This document shows positions 1 through 12,253 of a stretch of DNA of 52,262 bases, piece after piece (position 1 is the first letter of the stretch; each line of letters opens with the position of its first letter). The stretch spans positions 19,874,724 to 19,926,985 of the forward strand of contig NC_068984.1 of the NCBI RefSeq assembly GCF_001194135.2, in the 5' to 3' direction. This stretch comes from Octopus bimaculoides (lineage: Eukaryota). The translations under genes were made by a program, and so were the position numbers. The notes beneath the pieces were generated by a model. That model saw only the letters and a list, made by a program, of their open reading frames with translations. It did not search any database and was not told where the DNA came from.

Positions 1-7
1 TATTTAT

Positions 8-38
<31 letters not shown>

Positions 39-45
39 TATTTAT

Positions 46-96
<51 letters not shown>
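1..96. repeat. (TA)n/(TACA) microsatellite
   Basis: Near-pure TA dinucleotide run at the window start. Confidence 0.95.
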
Positions 97-97
<1 letters not shown>

Positions 98-598
98 CTG
101 TGGTTAAATGGAATTATAATTTATAAGAAATTATTTTCTGAAAGTCAAATCAATGTATTTGGAAAAATATGGGTTTTGTGGTTACTTTGTCCTGTGGAAA
201 AATACTTTATTTGCAAGATAGGGACAAAGAAAATACGAGTATGAAAAGTTATTTTTTTTGTTTCAAGGCAAGAAACGAAATCACCTGTCCCTAAAATATG
301 CACTAGTCTGTTGAGACAGGATCTAAAACAAAAGGTTGCATCATAGGGATTTTCATTACTATGTATACAAGACACCTGGATGAAAGAAGATATACTCCCA
401 CATTTAATGCAAATCAACAATTCACACACCTGCTGCAAGATTTTCATTTTAAAAAGGATTCCTATTTTTACTCGTGCATGACCTGCTGTTTCATATCAGG
501 AATAAATAAATAATCCTCTGCTTCATTGAAATATGAGTATATGCGCAAGAAAGGATTAAGTAAAAGAAAGCAAAATAATACGGAACTAAAAGAAACAT

Positions 599-693
599 TT
601 AACCCTTTAGCTTTTAAACTGGGCCATATCCGACCGAAATATTCTACCTGTTTTACATTGGAACTCACCAGATCCAGTCTACACTTAACCTAC

Positions 694-724
<31 letters not shown>

Positions 725-1232
725 GTTTAATGTCCGCTTTTCATGCTAGCATGGGTTGGACGATTTGACTGAGGACTGGTGAAACCAGAAGGCTACACCA
801 AGCTCCAATCTGATTTGGCAGAGTTTCTACAGCTGGATGCCCTTCCTAACGCCAACCACTCTGAGAGTGTAGTGGGTGCTTTTACGTGCCACCGGCATGA
901 AGGCCAGTCAGGCGGTACTGGCAACGGCCATGCTCAAAATGGTGTATTTTACGTGCCACCTGCACAGGAGCCAGTTCAGCGGCACTGGCAACGATCTCGC
1001 TCGAATGTCTTTACACATGCAATCCGGCACAAGTGTCAGGAAGGTGATGCTGGGCGCAGGTGCCACGACGATTTCGCTTTCGCTTGCCCCAATAGGCCTT
1101 CTAAAATGTCAATATAAAAATAAAAAATCATATCCTCAAAGCCTTCAAGCTATGAGATAGTGCATGATTAATTCAAAACAATGCCATTCTATAAATATTA
1201 CATTTGACAGGGTAATAATAATAAATGCCAAA
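599..1232 (+). mobile_element. piggyBac-like MITE (TTAA-CCCTTTAGC terminus), split by an RTE-tail insertion
   Basis: Starts ttaaccctttagc. Segments 599-696 and ~1101-1232 align by eye to the more complete copy at 42046-42232 (shared gcatgattaattcaa). The right terminus is decayed. Confidence 0.55.
697..1100 (-). mobile_element. RTE-LINE 3' end / LINE-tail SINE (family A) with (GAT)n tail
   Basis: (CAT)n followed by cgtttaatgtccgcttttcatgctagcatgggttggacg...ggatgcccttcctaacgccaaccactc, a sequence that recurs more than 15 times in the window. Confidence 0.85.
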
Positions 1233-1519
1233 ACTTCATCTATATTCATAGAGTTCATTACTATCTTCTGATGCATTGTCTCTAAAGAGTGAATTAGTTC
1301 ATGAAGCAGTTGAGGAATATAAAAATGACTGCAAGAAAACAATCATTTTTCTGAAATGATTGAGTGGAGGAAACTGAGGTGTACAGGGCCCATGAGCTGT
1401 CTAGATTACTTGTGAATCGAACATGAGATAAAAACTGTGCACAGGTGTAAATTAGCAGTAGGAATTAATGTGAAATGAATTCATTGAAATACTCAAAGGC
1501 TCCTAAGAATTATTTAAGA

Positions 1520-1982
1520 GCTTTGTCTTAGTCAGGTAACCAATTTCACTGAGAAGGTAAGCTTTCCAAAATTATAGTAACTAAAATAAAAAATGAGTGA
1601 AAAAAACATCAGGGAGCTATTACCTCAGCTGCTAAGAAAGGATTTCTATCTCACAGTAAAGAGGAGATTGGGTGGTACTTGTATACAAAGTGCGATGTTG
1701 TAAGGTAGTGAGATGAGGGCCTTAAATGTAGAAAGTTTGCAAAACTAAGAAAGAAATGGAAGAAGTATGCTCTGGTAGATGTGTAATGTTAGTGTGCATG
1801 AATGAGAAATACAAATAAACAGAGCCAAGAGAGAAGACTGAACTGGAGTGATCATGTGATACATATGAAGCATATTAAGTGTATAGAAAAATGCTGAGCA
1901 CTCAAAATGGATGGAAGGTGTGGAAGAAGACCTAGGAAGACATGGGATGAAATGGTGATCACAGGCCTTAAGAAGCTGAACC

Positions 1983-1985
<3 letters not shown>
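1520..1985 (+). pseudogene. Decayed RTE-clade LINE ORF2 C-terminal fragment
   Basis: Frameshifted peptides RELLPQLLRKDFYLTVKRRL...AML.GSE...MDGRCGRRPRKTWDEMV match the RTE terminal GRGRPRKTW motif. Confidence 0.8.
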
Positions 1986-2018
<33 letters not shown>

Positions 2019-2076
2019 GTGATGGTGACGGTGATGATGATGATGATGAGGAGGAGGAGGAGGAGGAGGAGGAGGA
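1982..2076. repeat. Compound (GAT)n(GAG)n microsatellite at the LINE end
   Basis: Direct reading. It produces the spurious poly-D/E and poly-M/R ORFs. Confidence 0.95.
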
Positions 2077-2212
2077 AACAATTCAAACTTTGTATGAATC
2101 CATACCTCATAGAATTTCAATCTGTAATTACTGCCAAAGGCGGTCCTTACCCCATATTAAAATAAATTTGTTTGAAATTTTAAGGTGTTTCCATTATTTT
2201 GTCCAACGCCTG

Positions 2213-2250
<38 letters not shown>

Positions 2251-2718
2251 CATATTCCTTATGCATCTTCACACAAGAATTCTGATATATATTTTATCAA
2301 AACAAGTTTACTGAACACAAATGCACACACACACATTCTGGTTATTATTTGTAGAAATGTATAACTACCCACCTATGCATGATTTCTGTTTAATCTAATA
2401 GAAAGAACAGGTACATACAAAACTCTTGTAAGTCATGTTCCCTCTAAGCTGTGCATTTGTGTGTAAACAAACATTTTACATTTAAGAGAAGGAAAATGTC
2501 CACACACAAGGCTTTCAAAATGAAATTGTTACTTGCATAGACATGCATAAGCTCATGGCAAAAACATTAGAGCGAACATTGTTTGTAAGATTCTAGACAA
2601 AGGAAGATCTGCATTCAGAATCTTATGTTATTGCAGATTAACTTTAAAAAATATTAATTGTAGTTATGTGAACGGCATAGTGGCTTCACTAGGGCTGGTG
2701 CCATGAAAAAAACCACCA

Positions 2719-3607
2719 TAGATGATATCAAAAAGTTCTTGGACTAGTTATGTAGCGTGCCAACAGATGGCAGCAGTGAGAGGTAGCAGTGACCTTCATG
2801 GAGCAGTGTGTCAGGTGACATCGCTGTGTTTACTTCACAAGTTGTGAAATTTGTGTTTTTGTGATCACATGTATGCTGAAGTCTGCAATTTTGTCATGGA
2901 CAGGAACAAAGAGCCAACATGAAGTTTTGCATTAAACTTGGGAATTCTGCTACAGAGACATTGAACATGCTTCAGAAGGCTTACAGTGATGAGGCAGTGG
3001 ATCATACACAATGTTTTGAGTGGCACAGGCACTTCAAAAGCAGAAGAACATCTCTGGAAGATAATGAGTGATTTAGAAGACCTGCCACGAGCATCACCCC
3101 CAAAAGCATGGTATTATGTATCAAGAATTCATTCCCCAGGGCCAGATTTTCACTTGAGAGTTCTACTGCAACATTTTAAAGCATTTAAGGGAAGGACATT
3201 CAGTGAAAGTGACCAGATCTGTGGAGTGTGAAGGCTTGGATTCTTCATGGTGACAATGCACTCTGTCACTGAGCTCTCCTCACTTGTGAGTTTTTCACCA
3301 AAAACAGTATGGTATCGCTTTCGCACCCACCATATTCACCAAATTTAGCACCTGTGGACCTCCATCACTTCCACAAGATGGAAATGCAGTTTTAACACCA
3401 TTGTCGAGATCCAGAGCGAATCGCAGGAGATCCTCGGTTCACTTATGGAAAATGACCTCCAGGTCGAATTTCAAAAGTGGCAGGAACACTGGCACTAGTG
3501 TATTGCTGCACAATGCGACTATTTCAAAGATGGTGTTAAAACTTAGGTAAATAAGTTGTTTTTTATGAAACATAACTAGTCCAGGAATCTTTTGATACCA
3601 CCTTGTA
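2719..3607 (+). mobile_element. Internally deleted mariner transposon with decayed transposase
   Basis: Imperfect TIRs gatgatatcaaaaagttcttggactagttatg / cataactagtccaggaatcttttgataccacc with TA at both ends. Peptides MKFCIKLGNSATETLNMLQKAYSDEAV...CFEWHRHFK, ILHGDNA and HPPYSPNLAP (mariner YSPDLAP motif), with stops and frameshifts. Confidence 0.9.
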
Positions 3608-4105
3608 TACATTCTGTTAAGTAGTTGGCATACATTAGGGAGGACATTCAGTAGTAGCAACCTTGCATAAGCAGACAGAATGGAGTCCTCTGATCCACCA
3701 TCTCCTATCAAACCATTTAACCCTTGTCAACATAAAAGACAGAGTTAATAGACATTAACAACAGAGACTGCAACAATAACAACAATCGCTTTTAAATTTC
3801 AACCTAAATTATTGTATCGCAGTTATAATAACCATTGTTCGTTTATGTTAATTACTGACTCATCAAAAATTAATGTATTCATGGTTCAAAACGTAATCTA
3901 ATAGTTATCATTAACATAATACAGAGAGCATTAAAATTTTAAGCTAATTAGAAATATTTAATTGACCAGCAAAGACTGAATTCAGCCAATAGAATGACTT
4001 AATTTGTGGTGTGTAGTTTAGATTATATTAGGTCTTCACAGGCATCAAAATCATAGCCGTATATGTTATATCGTTGAAAATCATGACCATATGTCTTTCT
4101 CTCTT

Positions 4106-4139
<34 letters not shown>

Positions 4140-4588
4140 TTTTATTTGTATCTATTTTTAAGAGAAGGCTTAACAGAAACATAAAACGGAACAGAGTAAT
4201 TGGCAGAGTAAATAGATGGGAGAGAAGAGCGAATGAGTGTCATAAATATTAGCATGTCTGACTGGTCTGTTTAATGACATCCCTACATGAACTGCATGGT
4301 AATGAATAGGAAAGATTTACTGCTATCTTGAGTTACACTTTGGAGTATTGTGAGCATATATTTCATTAGTCCATTCAATGAAGACCTAACCCACCCCTTC
4401 CAACTTAAATAGAATCTTTTACTATTAAGCATTTGAGCAATTTGCATTTCTGCAGCTCATCTGTAGTGTGTTTCAAAAAATGTTCTCGTTTATATAATAC
4501 ATATGTGAATGTCAATCAGCTGAAACAGATAACAGTAATATATTTGTACCTGTTATAGACTATCAAAGAAGTAATTAAAGAACATTGG

Positions 4589-4682
4589 TTCTAAGGAAAC
4601 ATGGGTTCTAAAGAAGCATTAATTCTGAGAAAACATGCTTTCTAAGAAAGCAGATATTCTGAGAAAACCTAGATTCTAAGAA
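4589..4682. promoter_or_regulatory. Array of six TTC(N3/N4)GAA palindromes at a 17-bp period (STAT/GAS-like cluster)
   Basis: ttctaaggaa 4589, ttctaaagaa 4606, ttctgagaa 4623, ttctaagaa 4640, ttctgagaa 4657, ttctaagaa 4674, with variable linkers. The array is directly seen; the function is inferred. Confidence 0.45.
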
Positions 4683-5237
4683 AGGACTACAGGGTATGGA
4701 ATTTATGAGTCTGCAAGTGGAATACCAGATTTCTGCTGTGATGCATCAAACAGGATATTACAAAGTTTCATTTTCATTTTCCATCACTTTCATGGATTTC
4801 TGTATTCGTTTTGCTGTTTTTATATAGCACATGGCATGAATCATCAAAATTTCTTATCTGGCAATCAAACCATCAAAACTGCTTATTTCCTCGTGATTTA
4901 GTGAACATAAACAGCAGAGTTTACATTGTTGAAGACTTGGTTTGGGTTTGTTAGTGATACATTCCATTCAATAAGATCTATTAATTTCCTAGAAGACTCA
5001 ACTTGAATAGAAATTATAGAATTTTATATAGACACACACACACACTCACGCATGTGCACGCACACACACACACATACACACATACGAATTCACTGAGGCA
5101 TAGAGATGCTTAGAACCAGTTGTTAGAACTCAATTTATCTATGCTTTAGAGTAAAGCATCAGGTGAGTAGAGAGTGTAATGTCAATCAAAGAACAACAAA
5201 AGAATAGGAATTGCATATTCACTTTCATTAGCTTACA

Positions 5238-5800
5238 GCTTTTTACGTGCCACCGGCACGGAAGCCAGTCAAGGCGGCACTGGCATCAGCTACGTTCAGA
5301 TGGTGCTTTTTACGTTCCACCGGCACGGGTATCACAACCACAATTTCCATTTGATTTTTATTTTGACGTTGATGTACTTGACTCAATAGGTCTCCTCAAG
5401 CATGGCATGTCGCCCTACAATCCAAGGTACTTTTGAATGGGCTGGGGCTGGTTATGCGAAACTGGTGTAGGATACAGCTGTGAACTCACTTTATTTGTCG
5501 GGTCTTCACAGTCACAGCATATCTCCAGAGGTCTCGGTCTTTTGTCATTGCCTCTGTGAGGCCCAACATTCAAACGTCATGCTTGACCACCTCATCCCAT
5601 GTCTTCCTGGGTCTACCTCCACCCCGGATTCCTTCAACTGTTTGGGAGTGGCACTTCTTCGCACATCTCTCCTCATCCATCCGTAGTACATGACCATACC
5701 AGCACAAACGTCTCTCTTGCATGCCAAATCCAATGCTTCCTATGCCCAACATTTCTCTCAGGGCATTAACACTCTGTTGTGCATTTCTATTGAAATACAT
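5238..5800 (-). mobile_element. RTE-clade LINE 3' fragment (ORF2 end plus 3' UTR)
   Basis: ORF 5570-5800 reads QERRLCWYGHVLRMDEERCAKKC...GGGRPRKTWDEVVKHD. The UTR carries the repeated gtgccggtggcacgtaaaaagc motif shared with family A. Confidence 0.9.
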
Positions 5801-5999
5801 CCCTCAATATTAATCAGCTCTAAACTTCCTCAATGCTTCTTGTTTTTTGGCAAAGACTTTCTCTCAGTCTTATTTCACCAGAAATATAGCATTTTTTTTT
5901 TATCTAGTTCATGCTAAGAAAACAATATTGCATTTTGTAATATGTTACACAATCGAAGGAGATTTTTCCCCTTTCTTTTCTTGTTTTGCAAGTCACTTA

Positions 6000-6232
6000 G
6001 TGACCCCCACACTACTGCTAGTATCAGTGGCATGAAAAAAGAAAAAACAAAAAAACCACCAATGTGTTAAGAAGGGCATTCAGCCAAAGAAACCATGTTG
6101 ACATTGAAACTCAACACAGACCCACATCTCATAAGATCCTGTCAAACCATCCAATCTATGCTTGCAAGGAAAAACAGATGCAAAATGATGGTGATGACAA
6201 TGATGATGATGACGGTGATAATGATGATGATA

Positions 6233-6290
<58 letters not shown>

Positions 6291-6293
6291 CAG

Positions 6294-6343
<50 letters not shown>
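6000..6343 (+). repeat. Old family-A-related copy with an expanded (GAT)n tail
   Basis: aagaagggcattcagcc...gtcaaaccatccaatctatgcttgc followed by about 150 bp of (GAT)n. Confidence 0.65.
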
Positions 6344-6591
6344 TTGCTGAGAAGAAGTGAAACAGGATTCATCACTTTCAGGTTTTCCCAGTTTGGTGAG
6401 ATTAATGTAATTAACATTCAGTTTGAAATGTTAACTACATCAATTTCTGTTCCTCTTCTATGATGTAGTCTGCACTTAAAATATGGGTAAGGACATAATC
6501 TGTTCTAGGAAAGAAAAATTAGACAAAGTTATCAGTATGGGTGAAAGAAGTGGGGGTAGAGGTAGAGATGGATATGTCAAGTGAATCACCA

Positions 6592-6728
6592 TCCTCATCA
6601 TTATCATCATCGTTTAACATCCGCTTTCCATGCTGGCATGGGTTGGACGGTTTGACTGAGGGCTGGCGAGCCAGAAGGCTGCACCAGTCTCCAGTCTGAT
6701 CTGGCAAAGTTTCTACAGCTGGATGCTC
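6592..6728 (-). mobile_element. Family A RTE-tail fragment
   Basis: catcatcgtttaacatccgctttccatgctggcatgggttggacgg...tctacagctggatgc. Confidence 0.8.
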
Positions 6729-7225
6729 TGAGAGAAACAGTTACTTTGTTCAGAAGTACAAAGGTCACTACAGTAGCAATAAGAAAACTTCAGGTTTGTT
6801 TCAGTATTCTGAACTCATTAGTAAAGCAAAATCTAAGTAAAATGATTCTCTAAGTTAAATGTGCACGAGCATATATTTGTTGGCACAGGAAAATAGAATT
6901 GTTTAAAGAATAAATAACCCAGGGACACCAGATGCATGTAAAAACAACAGTTAAGATAAGAGTTTACACATTTAATGTAACAAGCATTAAAATGCTAATA
7001 AGATATAGATATGTGGTGAGAGAAAAAAGAAAATATTAGTCCATGACTAATGATATTTTCATTTCTCCATCATCAACAGGAAGCATATTTGGAAAAAGGA
7101 AAAGGTGGGATGGCCATAGCTGGAATGAATTTGATCACATGTCAGTTCAATTAGGGTTGACCAGGGGCTAAACAGTAATGTATTACCGTGAACTAGGAGA
7201 AAAGGTGTTTATTATTACTATTTGA

Positions 7226-7450
7226 AGGCAGCGAGTTGGCAGAAATGTTAGCATGCCAGGCGAAATGCTTGCGGTATTTCATGTCTTTACATTCTGAGTT
7301 CAAATTCCACCAAGGTGAACTTTGCCTTTCATCCTTTCAGGGTTCGATAAATTAAGTACCAGTTGCATACTGGTGTCGATCTAATCGATTGCCCCCCCCC
7401 CTCCTCCAAAATTTTGGGCCTTGTGCCTAGAGCAAAAAAGATTATTACTA
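7226..7450 (+). mobile_element. tRNA-headed SINE with Nin-like domain (family C)
   Basis: ggcagcgagttggcagaa head, ctgagttcaaattcc B-box-like segment, gcctttcatcctttcagggttcgataaattaagtaccag (Nin-like from recall) and an ATT tail. Further copies at 15316, 16768, 19655 (-) and 20155. Confidence 0.75.
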
Positions 7451-7944
7451 TTTGTCTTTCACTAACAATTCAGTTTTTTATTAAGTTTTAATGGATTGAA
7501 AAAGCAGGAAAGATATTTCTGTCTCTACTCTAATTATTGAAATAAAATGAAACGCAATAGAAATGTGAGTAAATGTCAGTTTTATTATATCAAGTTAGCA
7601 ACAAGAGGACTAACATGAGTACGTATATACTTTTGTCATTGACGCTCTAATGAACACAGTTGCGTGACAGCATGGGTTGTACATGGCATAGGCATAAATG
7701 TACATATCAGTGGATATGTGTGTATGTGTGTGTGTGTGGGGGGGGGGTTATCTATTTAAATCAGTTCAGTGAAGTGGCCTAACACTCTGCAGTTTCCCCA
7801 GCATGTCACCAATTCTTCAAGTAAGTCACACTGAGCAAAAAGATATGCTATACTGCTCCAATGGTGGAAACACTCCAGAATGAAAAAAACTTGTACTGAC
7901 AATGGTACTTCTTTTTTTGTCTTTTGTTTTTTACCAAACGGTAT

Positions 7945-8522
7945 TCTCTTGACTCTGAGAAAGACAGTTCTGTGATTTCTTGCTGAGCAATCTGTACAGA
8001 TGATTTATTTATAGTGATCAAATGTTTGTGCTGCACATTAGCTCGTTCTCTCCATCAAATCAACATCATCTATATAGAGGTGCATGGTGTGCCATATGTC
8101 AGAAGCAGAAATGATCACAGAGCAAACAAGAGATGAAGTGTCTTGCCCAAGAACACGACACAGCACCTATTCCAGGAATTAAACCAACAATCTTATGATA
8201 ATAAGTGCAATACTCTAACCCAGGGGTTTTCAAACTGTGGTCGGCGGACCACAGGGGGTCCGTGGACAGCAAATACTTTTTATGGGCAATTTGATTTTAT
8301 ATATGTTTTTTAATCGAAATCTTTTAATTGACAATAAACCTATTTGTTAAATACTGTTAAATAAATAAATGTAAAAATATATGTTATTTTAAGCAAATAT
8401 TTATGTATAAATTTCATAAGCATTTATAAGTGGGTCTCTAAGGTAAAGCTTGAAATATAAAGGGGTCCGCAAGTCAAAAAGTTTGAAAACCCCTGCTCTA
8501 ACCAGTAGGCCACAAGCCTTCA
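7945..8522 (-). mobile_element. tRNA/CORE-like SINE (family F), interrupted by a hAT MITE
   Basis: Collinear with the uninterrupted copy at 23775-24075 (tttatagtgatcaaatg...gatcacagagcaa...gtcttgcccaagaacac). Confidence 0.7.
8221..8495. mobile_element. hAT (Charlie-type) MITE
   Basis: Perfect 15-bp TIR CAGGGGTTTTCAAAC / GTTTGAAAACCCCTG and a perfect 8-bp TSD CTCTAACC (8213-8220, 8496-8503). Confidence 0.95.
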
Positions 8523-9274
8523 ACAATGGTAGTAACAACAATGAAATCAGTAGTAATAAAAATGATTATAAAAATTGATAAAACTAATAATAATGATGGA
8601 TAATGACAGCAGTAATGATGACAGCAACAACAGGAACAACAAACAGGAACTAAAGAATGAAATGGCATTACACATGATTACCAATGACAAGAAATTCCAA
8701 GATCTTTGTAATGAGTAGGAGAAAAAAATATTATATATGTATATTCTGCGCATCTCCTTTCTTGGTCAGTGATTTGAAATTCAAAGTTCTAATTCTGCAA
8801 AGCATTATGCAAAAATGATTATCTCCCATACACTAACTGGCCACCAGAGTACACCACTTGTTACTCATATGCTGTTGTCAAAGAATATACATTCTCATAC
8901 AGACATACTCACATCTAGACACATATATATACAAAGTCTGTATGCTTGCATGTAATCACACAAGAGCACTGCATCCTTCAAATCTTCCATGCTTCCTGAG
9001 ATTCGCCAACACTACACCTGATTTTCTCCCCTCCATACACACGCAAGCATGTATCTGACTCGTACACTGTTCACTTTCCAGACATTTGTACAATACTGCA
9101 TATGCTTTATGCACACTTTTGACAAGTTGTAGTGCACTTGAGCACTGTATACAATAATTTCATTATCATCATTATTATTATTGAGATTCCAAAGACAAGA
9201 TTTCAAACTCACAGGCAACATATACACCTGTACAGTGGATACATGCATGTACTGACACTACATAAAAAACCACC

Positions 9275-9554
9275 ATGCCGGCGCCACATAATAAGCACCT
9301 GGCACTGGTACCATGTTAAAAAGTACCTGTGCTGGTGCCATGTAGAAAAGTACCCATACCAGCCCCATGTGAAAAAGCACCCATACTGGCACTGCATAAG
9401 AATCACAAAGTACACTTGGTAAATTGGATGGCATTAGGAAGGGCACCCAGCCATAGAAACCATGACAAAACATAACTGGAGCCTGGTGCAGCCCTCCAGC
9501 CTACCAGCTCCTGTCAAACTGTCCAACCCATGCCAGCATGGAAAATGGGCATTA

Positions 9555-9589
<35 letters not shown>
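9275..9589 (+). mobile_element. Family A RTE-tail copy
   Basis: Several aaaagcacc/aaaagtacc repeats, ttaggaagggcacccagcc, ccaacccatgccagcatggaa and a (GAT)n tail. Confidence 0.8.
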
Positions 9590-9590
<1 letters not shown>

Positions 9591-9951
9591 ATGAAGGCAT
9601 GTGCATGTGTGCGTATAAGTGTGAATGCAACTCCCTATTTCTGTTCACCCAATTAAACAACCAAACAGAAATATTTCTTTATAAACCACAAAAATACACT
9701 ATTAAACTACACCTAGTTTGAGATGACTATTCCCCATCTACAAAATATGTAAGAAGTTTGGCAAAAGAGAAAAACACTACAGTCTGTTGAAGGCAAATGA
9801 AGTGAAACATTGAAGTCAGCGCCAATTCTTTCAAGCAAAAAGGTAACGCTTGATTGCTTTTATACATAACTATACATAAAAACAAACATTAATATATGTG
9901 TGCATGTGTGTGTGTTTGAATATATATATATTATATAATTATATATATATT

Positions 9952-10305
9952 ATATAATTATAAAAATATAATTATAGTTAAGGGTTACTGAAAATGACTA
10001 TCACTAATGCTAGAAGTAGATGTCAAATACCTATAATCCACTCTAAAACGTATATTTCACGTTTATACATTAATGGTATATTCTACGGAAGATCACAAAG
10101 CAATTTTTTGTAGAGAGTGAAATCTTGACGTAAAGAATTATCCAATAGTTTTTGTATTTTCTAGCTTGTTCTCCTGCATTCGTACCCGTGGTTGAATATA
10201 AAGAACAAATTTTAGAGTTGATTGTAGGTATTTGACATCTACTTCTAGCACTGGCAATGGTCATTTCCATTAGTCTTAACTATAATTATATTTCTATGAT
10301 TATAT
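9952..10305. mobile_element. Foldback/MITE with ~95-bp imperfect inverted arms
   Basis: Left arm 9952-10048 (...tgctagaagtagatgtcaaataccta...ctctaaaa) is the reverse complement of the right arm 10210-10305. Confidence 0.8.
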
Positions 10306-10413
10306 ACGTAAAAAAAAACTAATGTTACCTATACAGTCATTTTTAAATGTGCTAAGCCACTGATATAATCATTTTTATGATTATATATATATATATAAGT
10401 ATATATATATATA

Positions 10414-10586
10414 GAAAAGCACCCACTACATTCTCTGAGTGGTTGGCGTTAGGAAGGGCATCCAGCTGTAGAAACATTGCCCGATCAGACTGGAGCCTGG
10501 TGTAGCCATCTGGTTCACCAGTCCTCAGTCAAATCATCCAACCCATGCTAGCATGGAAAGCGGATGTATGATGATGATGATGATGA

Positions 10587-10590
<4 letters not shown>
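10414..10590 (+). mobile_element. Family A RTE-tail copy (left member of an inverted pair)
   Basis: aaagcacccactacattctctgagtggttggcgttaggaaggg...(GAT)n, flanked by (TA)n. Confidence 0.9.
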
Positions 10591-10620
<30 letters not shown>

Positions 10621-10622
<2 letters not shown>

Positions 10623-10764
10623 TCATCATCATCATCATCATCGTTTAACGTCCGCTTTCCATGCTAGCATGGGTTGGACGATTTGACTGAGGACTGGTGA
10701 AACCGGATGGCAACACCAGGCTCCAATCTAAATTTGGCAGAGTTTCTACAGCTGGATGCCCTTC
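10621..10764 (-). mobile_element. Family A RTE-tail copy (right member of an inverted pair)
   Basis: (CAT)n cgtttaacgtccgctttccatgctagc...gctggatgcccttc. Confidence 0.9.
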
Positions 10765-11068
10765 AAATAATATGGGTGGCTAATTTGCAATTTTACAACC
10801 TACAGGCAGAAATATAAACATCACTAGAGTAGCAAAGGGCACTAATCAGCACCAGCATTGCTAGAAATAAGAGTCAAAACAACTCAAATATCCATAAAAG
10901 CACTATCTTAATCATTACAGTCACAGATACAGCCAGATCATCAATGATTTCGCCTATTGATGTGAATGCATTTTAATGCTCACCGGTGGCTCTCACTGCA
11001 CCTAGGGTTAAACTCAGCTATACATACATGCATGCATGCATGTCTGCATGCATACATACATACATACA

Positions 11069-11215
11069 TATGAGGGGGTGTTGAAAAGTTTCTGGTTTTA
11101 AGAGTGTCATGAGAGACCTGGCTGAAGGCCCAAACTTCCGAGTTCTTTTACAAGGCTTAGAAAAACTGAAGGATAGCTGCAATAAATGTGTGAATCTGAG
11201 AGGAATAAAATTATA
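11069..11215 (+). mobile_element. Mariner-derived MITE fragment
   Basis: TA-tgagggggtgttgaaaagtt mariner-like left end joined to GLEKLKDSCNKCVNLRG, which resembles a transposase C-terminus. No right TIR seen. Confidence 0.5.
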
Positions 11216-11314
11216 ATTAACTGATCCTCTTGTATTTTCTATGAGCCAAAGTCAGGAACTTTGCAGCACCTCCTCATATGTACGTACATACATATGTACA
11301 CACACGCATGTACA

Positions 11315-11354
<40 letters not shown>

Positions 11355-12198
11355 TACATACATACATACATACCATTATAATCATCATTATTTTATATCC
11401 ACTTTTCGTACCAGCATGGGTTGGACCTGTCATCACAGTCCAAGTGAGTTCTTTCCTACTGGAAACCACAACTCTCATAGAATAGTGCCCATAGTTACCA
11501 TTACCACTGAACAGTTGCTAGTTGATGACCACTGGAAGAATTGTGCAGAGGATGAAAACTCCAAAGGGTTGACCTTCTGGAGATGAAAGCCTCAGCATGG
11601 AACAATGGAGTAAGGGACTGTACAGTGTATGGATGATGAGAGGAGGAGAAATCAGTTGGAAGTTTGTAAGTATTAGGGGCACAAAACAAGCCTATTTCAA
11701 GAGGTAAAGGAAATCAAAATGCCATATGATTAAAAATAATTTTGAAAATACAAATAAAGAGGAACAAAGGTCCCTAAAGTAAAGACAGAAAAAAAACACA
11801 GACCCACCATGTGAAAGTTTTATTATGGTGGTATTGACTAGTTTTCTGAATAAAATATGTATTCTGCTTATAAATATAGCCTCAATGAAGCTATTCTCAA
11901 CTACTTGAACAACAGAAATAGAAAGCTCTGAGTGGCAATTCACAAACTCGTGAGATTTCAGCTCTGAACAAGTTGTATGTACACGCTTGCATCTGCATGT
12001 GCGTAAGTGCATATGCATGTGTCTTTATAGAGATAGTATATATATCAGACACACATATAAATATACATGTATAAAATGTGAGATGGGTTCCGCCAACCCA
12101 TGCTAGCAAAGAAAGCAGGCATATAGTGATCAGACTGATGAGTGTGTGTCTGTGTGCGCGTGTGTGTGGTGTGTGTGTGTGTGTGTGGTTGTATATGC

Positions 12199-12250
<52 letters not shown>

Positions 12251-12253
12251 ATA

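Noticed and set aside
145-447. 100-aa ORF in non-repeat sequence
   Set aside because: No recognisable motif and no convincing splice pair, so it is compatible with chance in AT-rich DNA.
4589-4682. Heat-shock element
   Set aside because: HSEs need alternating nGAAn units with 2 nt between TTC and GAA; the spacing here is 3-4 nt.
6064-6463. Poly-Asp / poly-Met ORFs (acidic biomineral-like protein)
   Set aside because: They come from the expanded (GAT)n tail of a retroposon copy.
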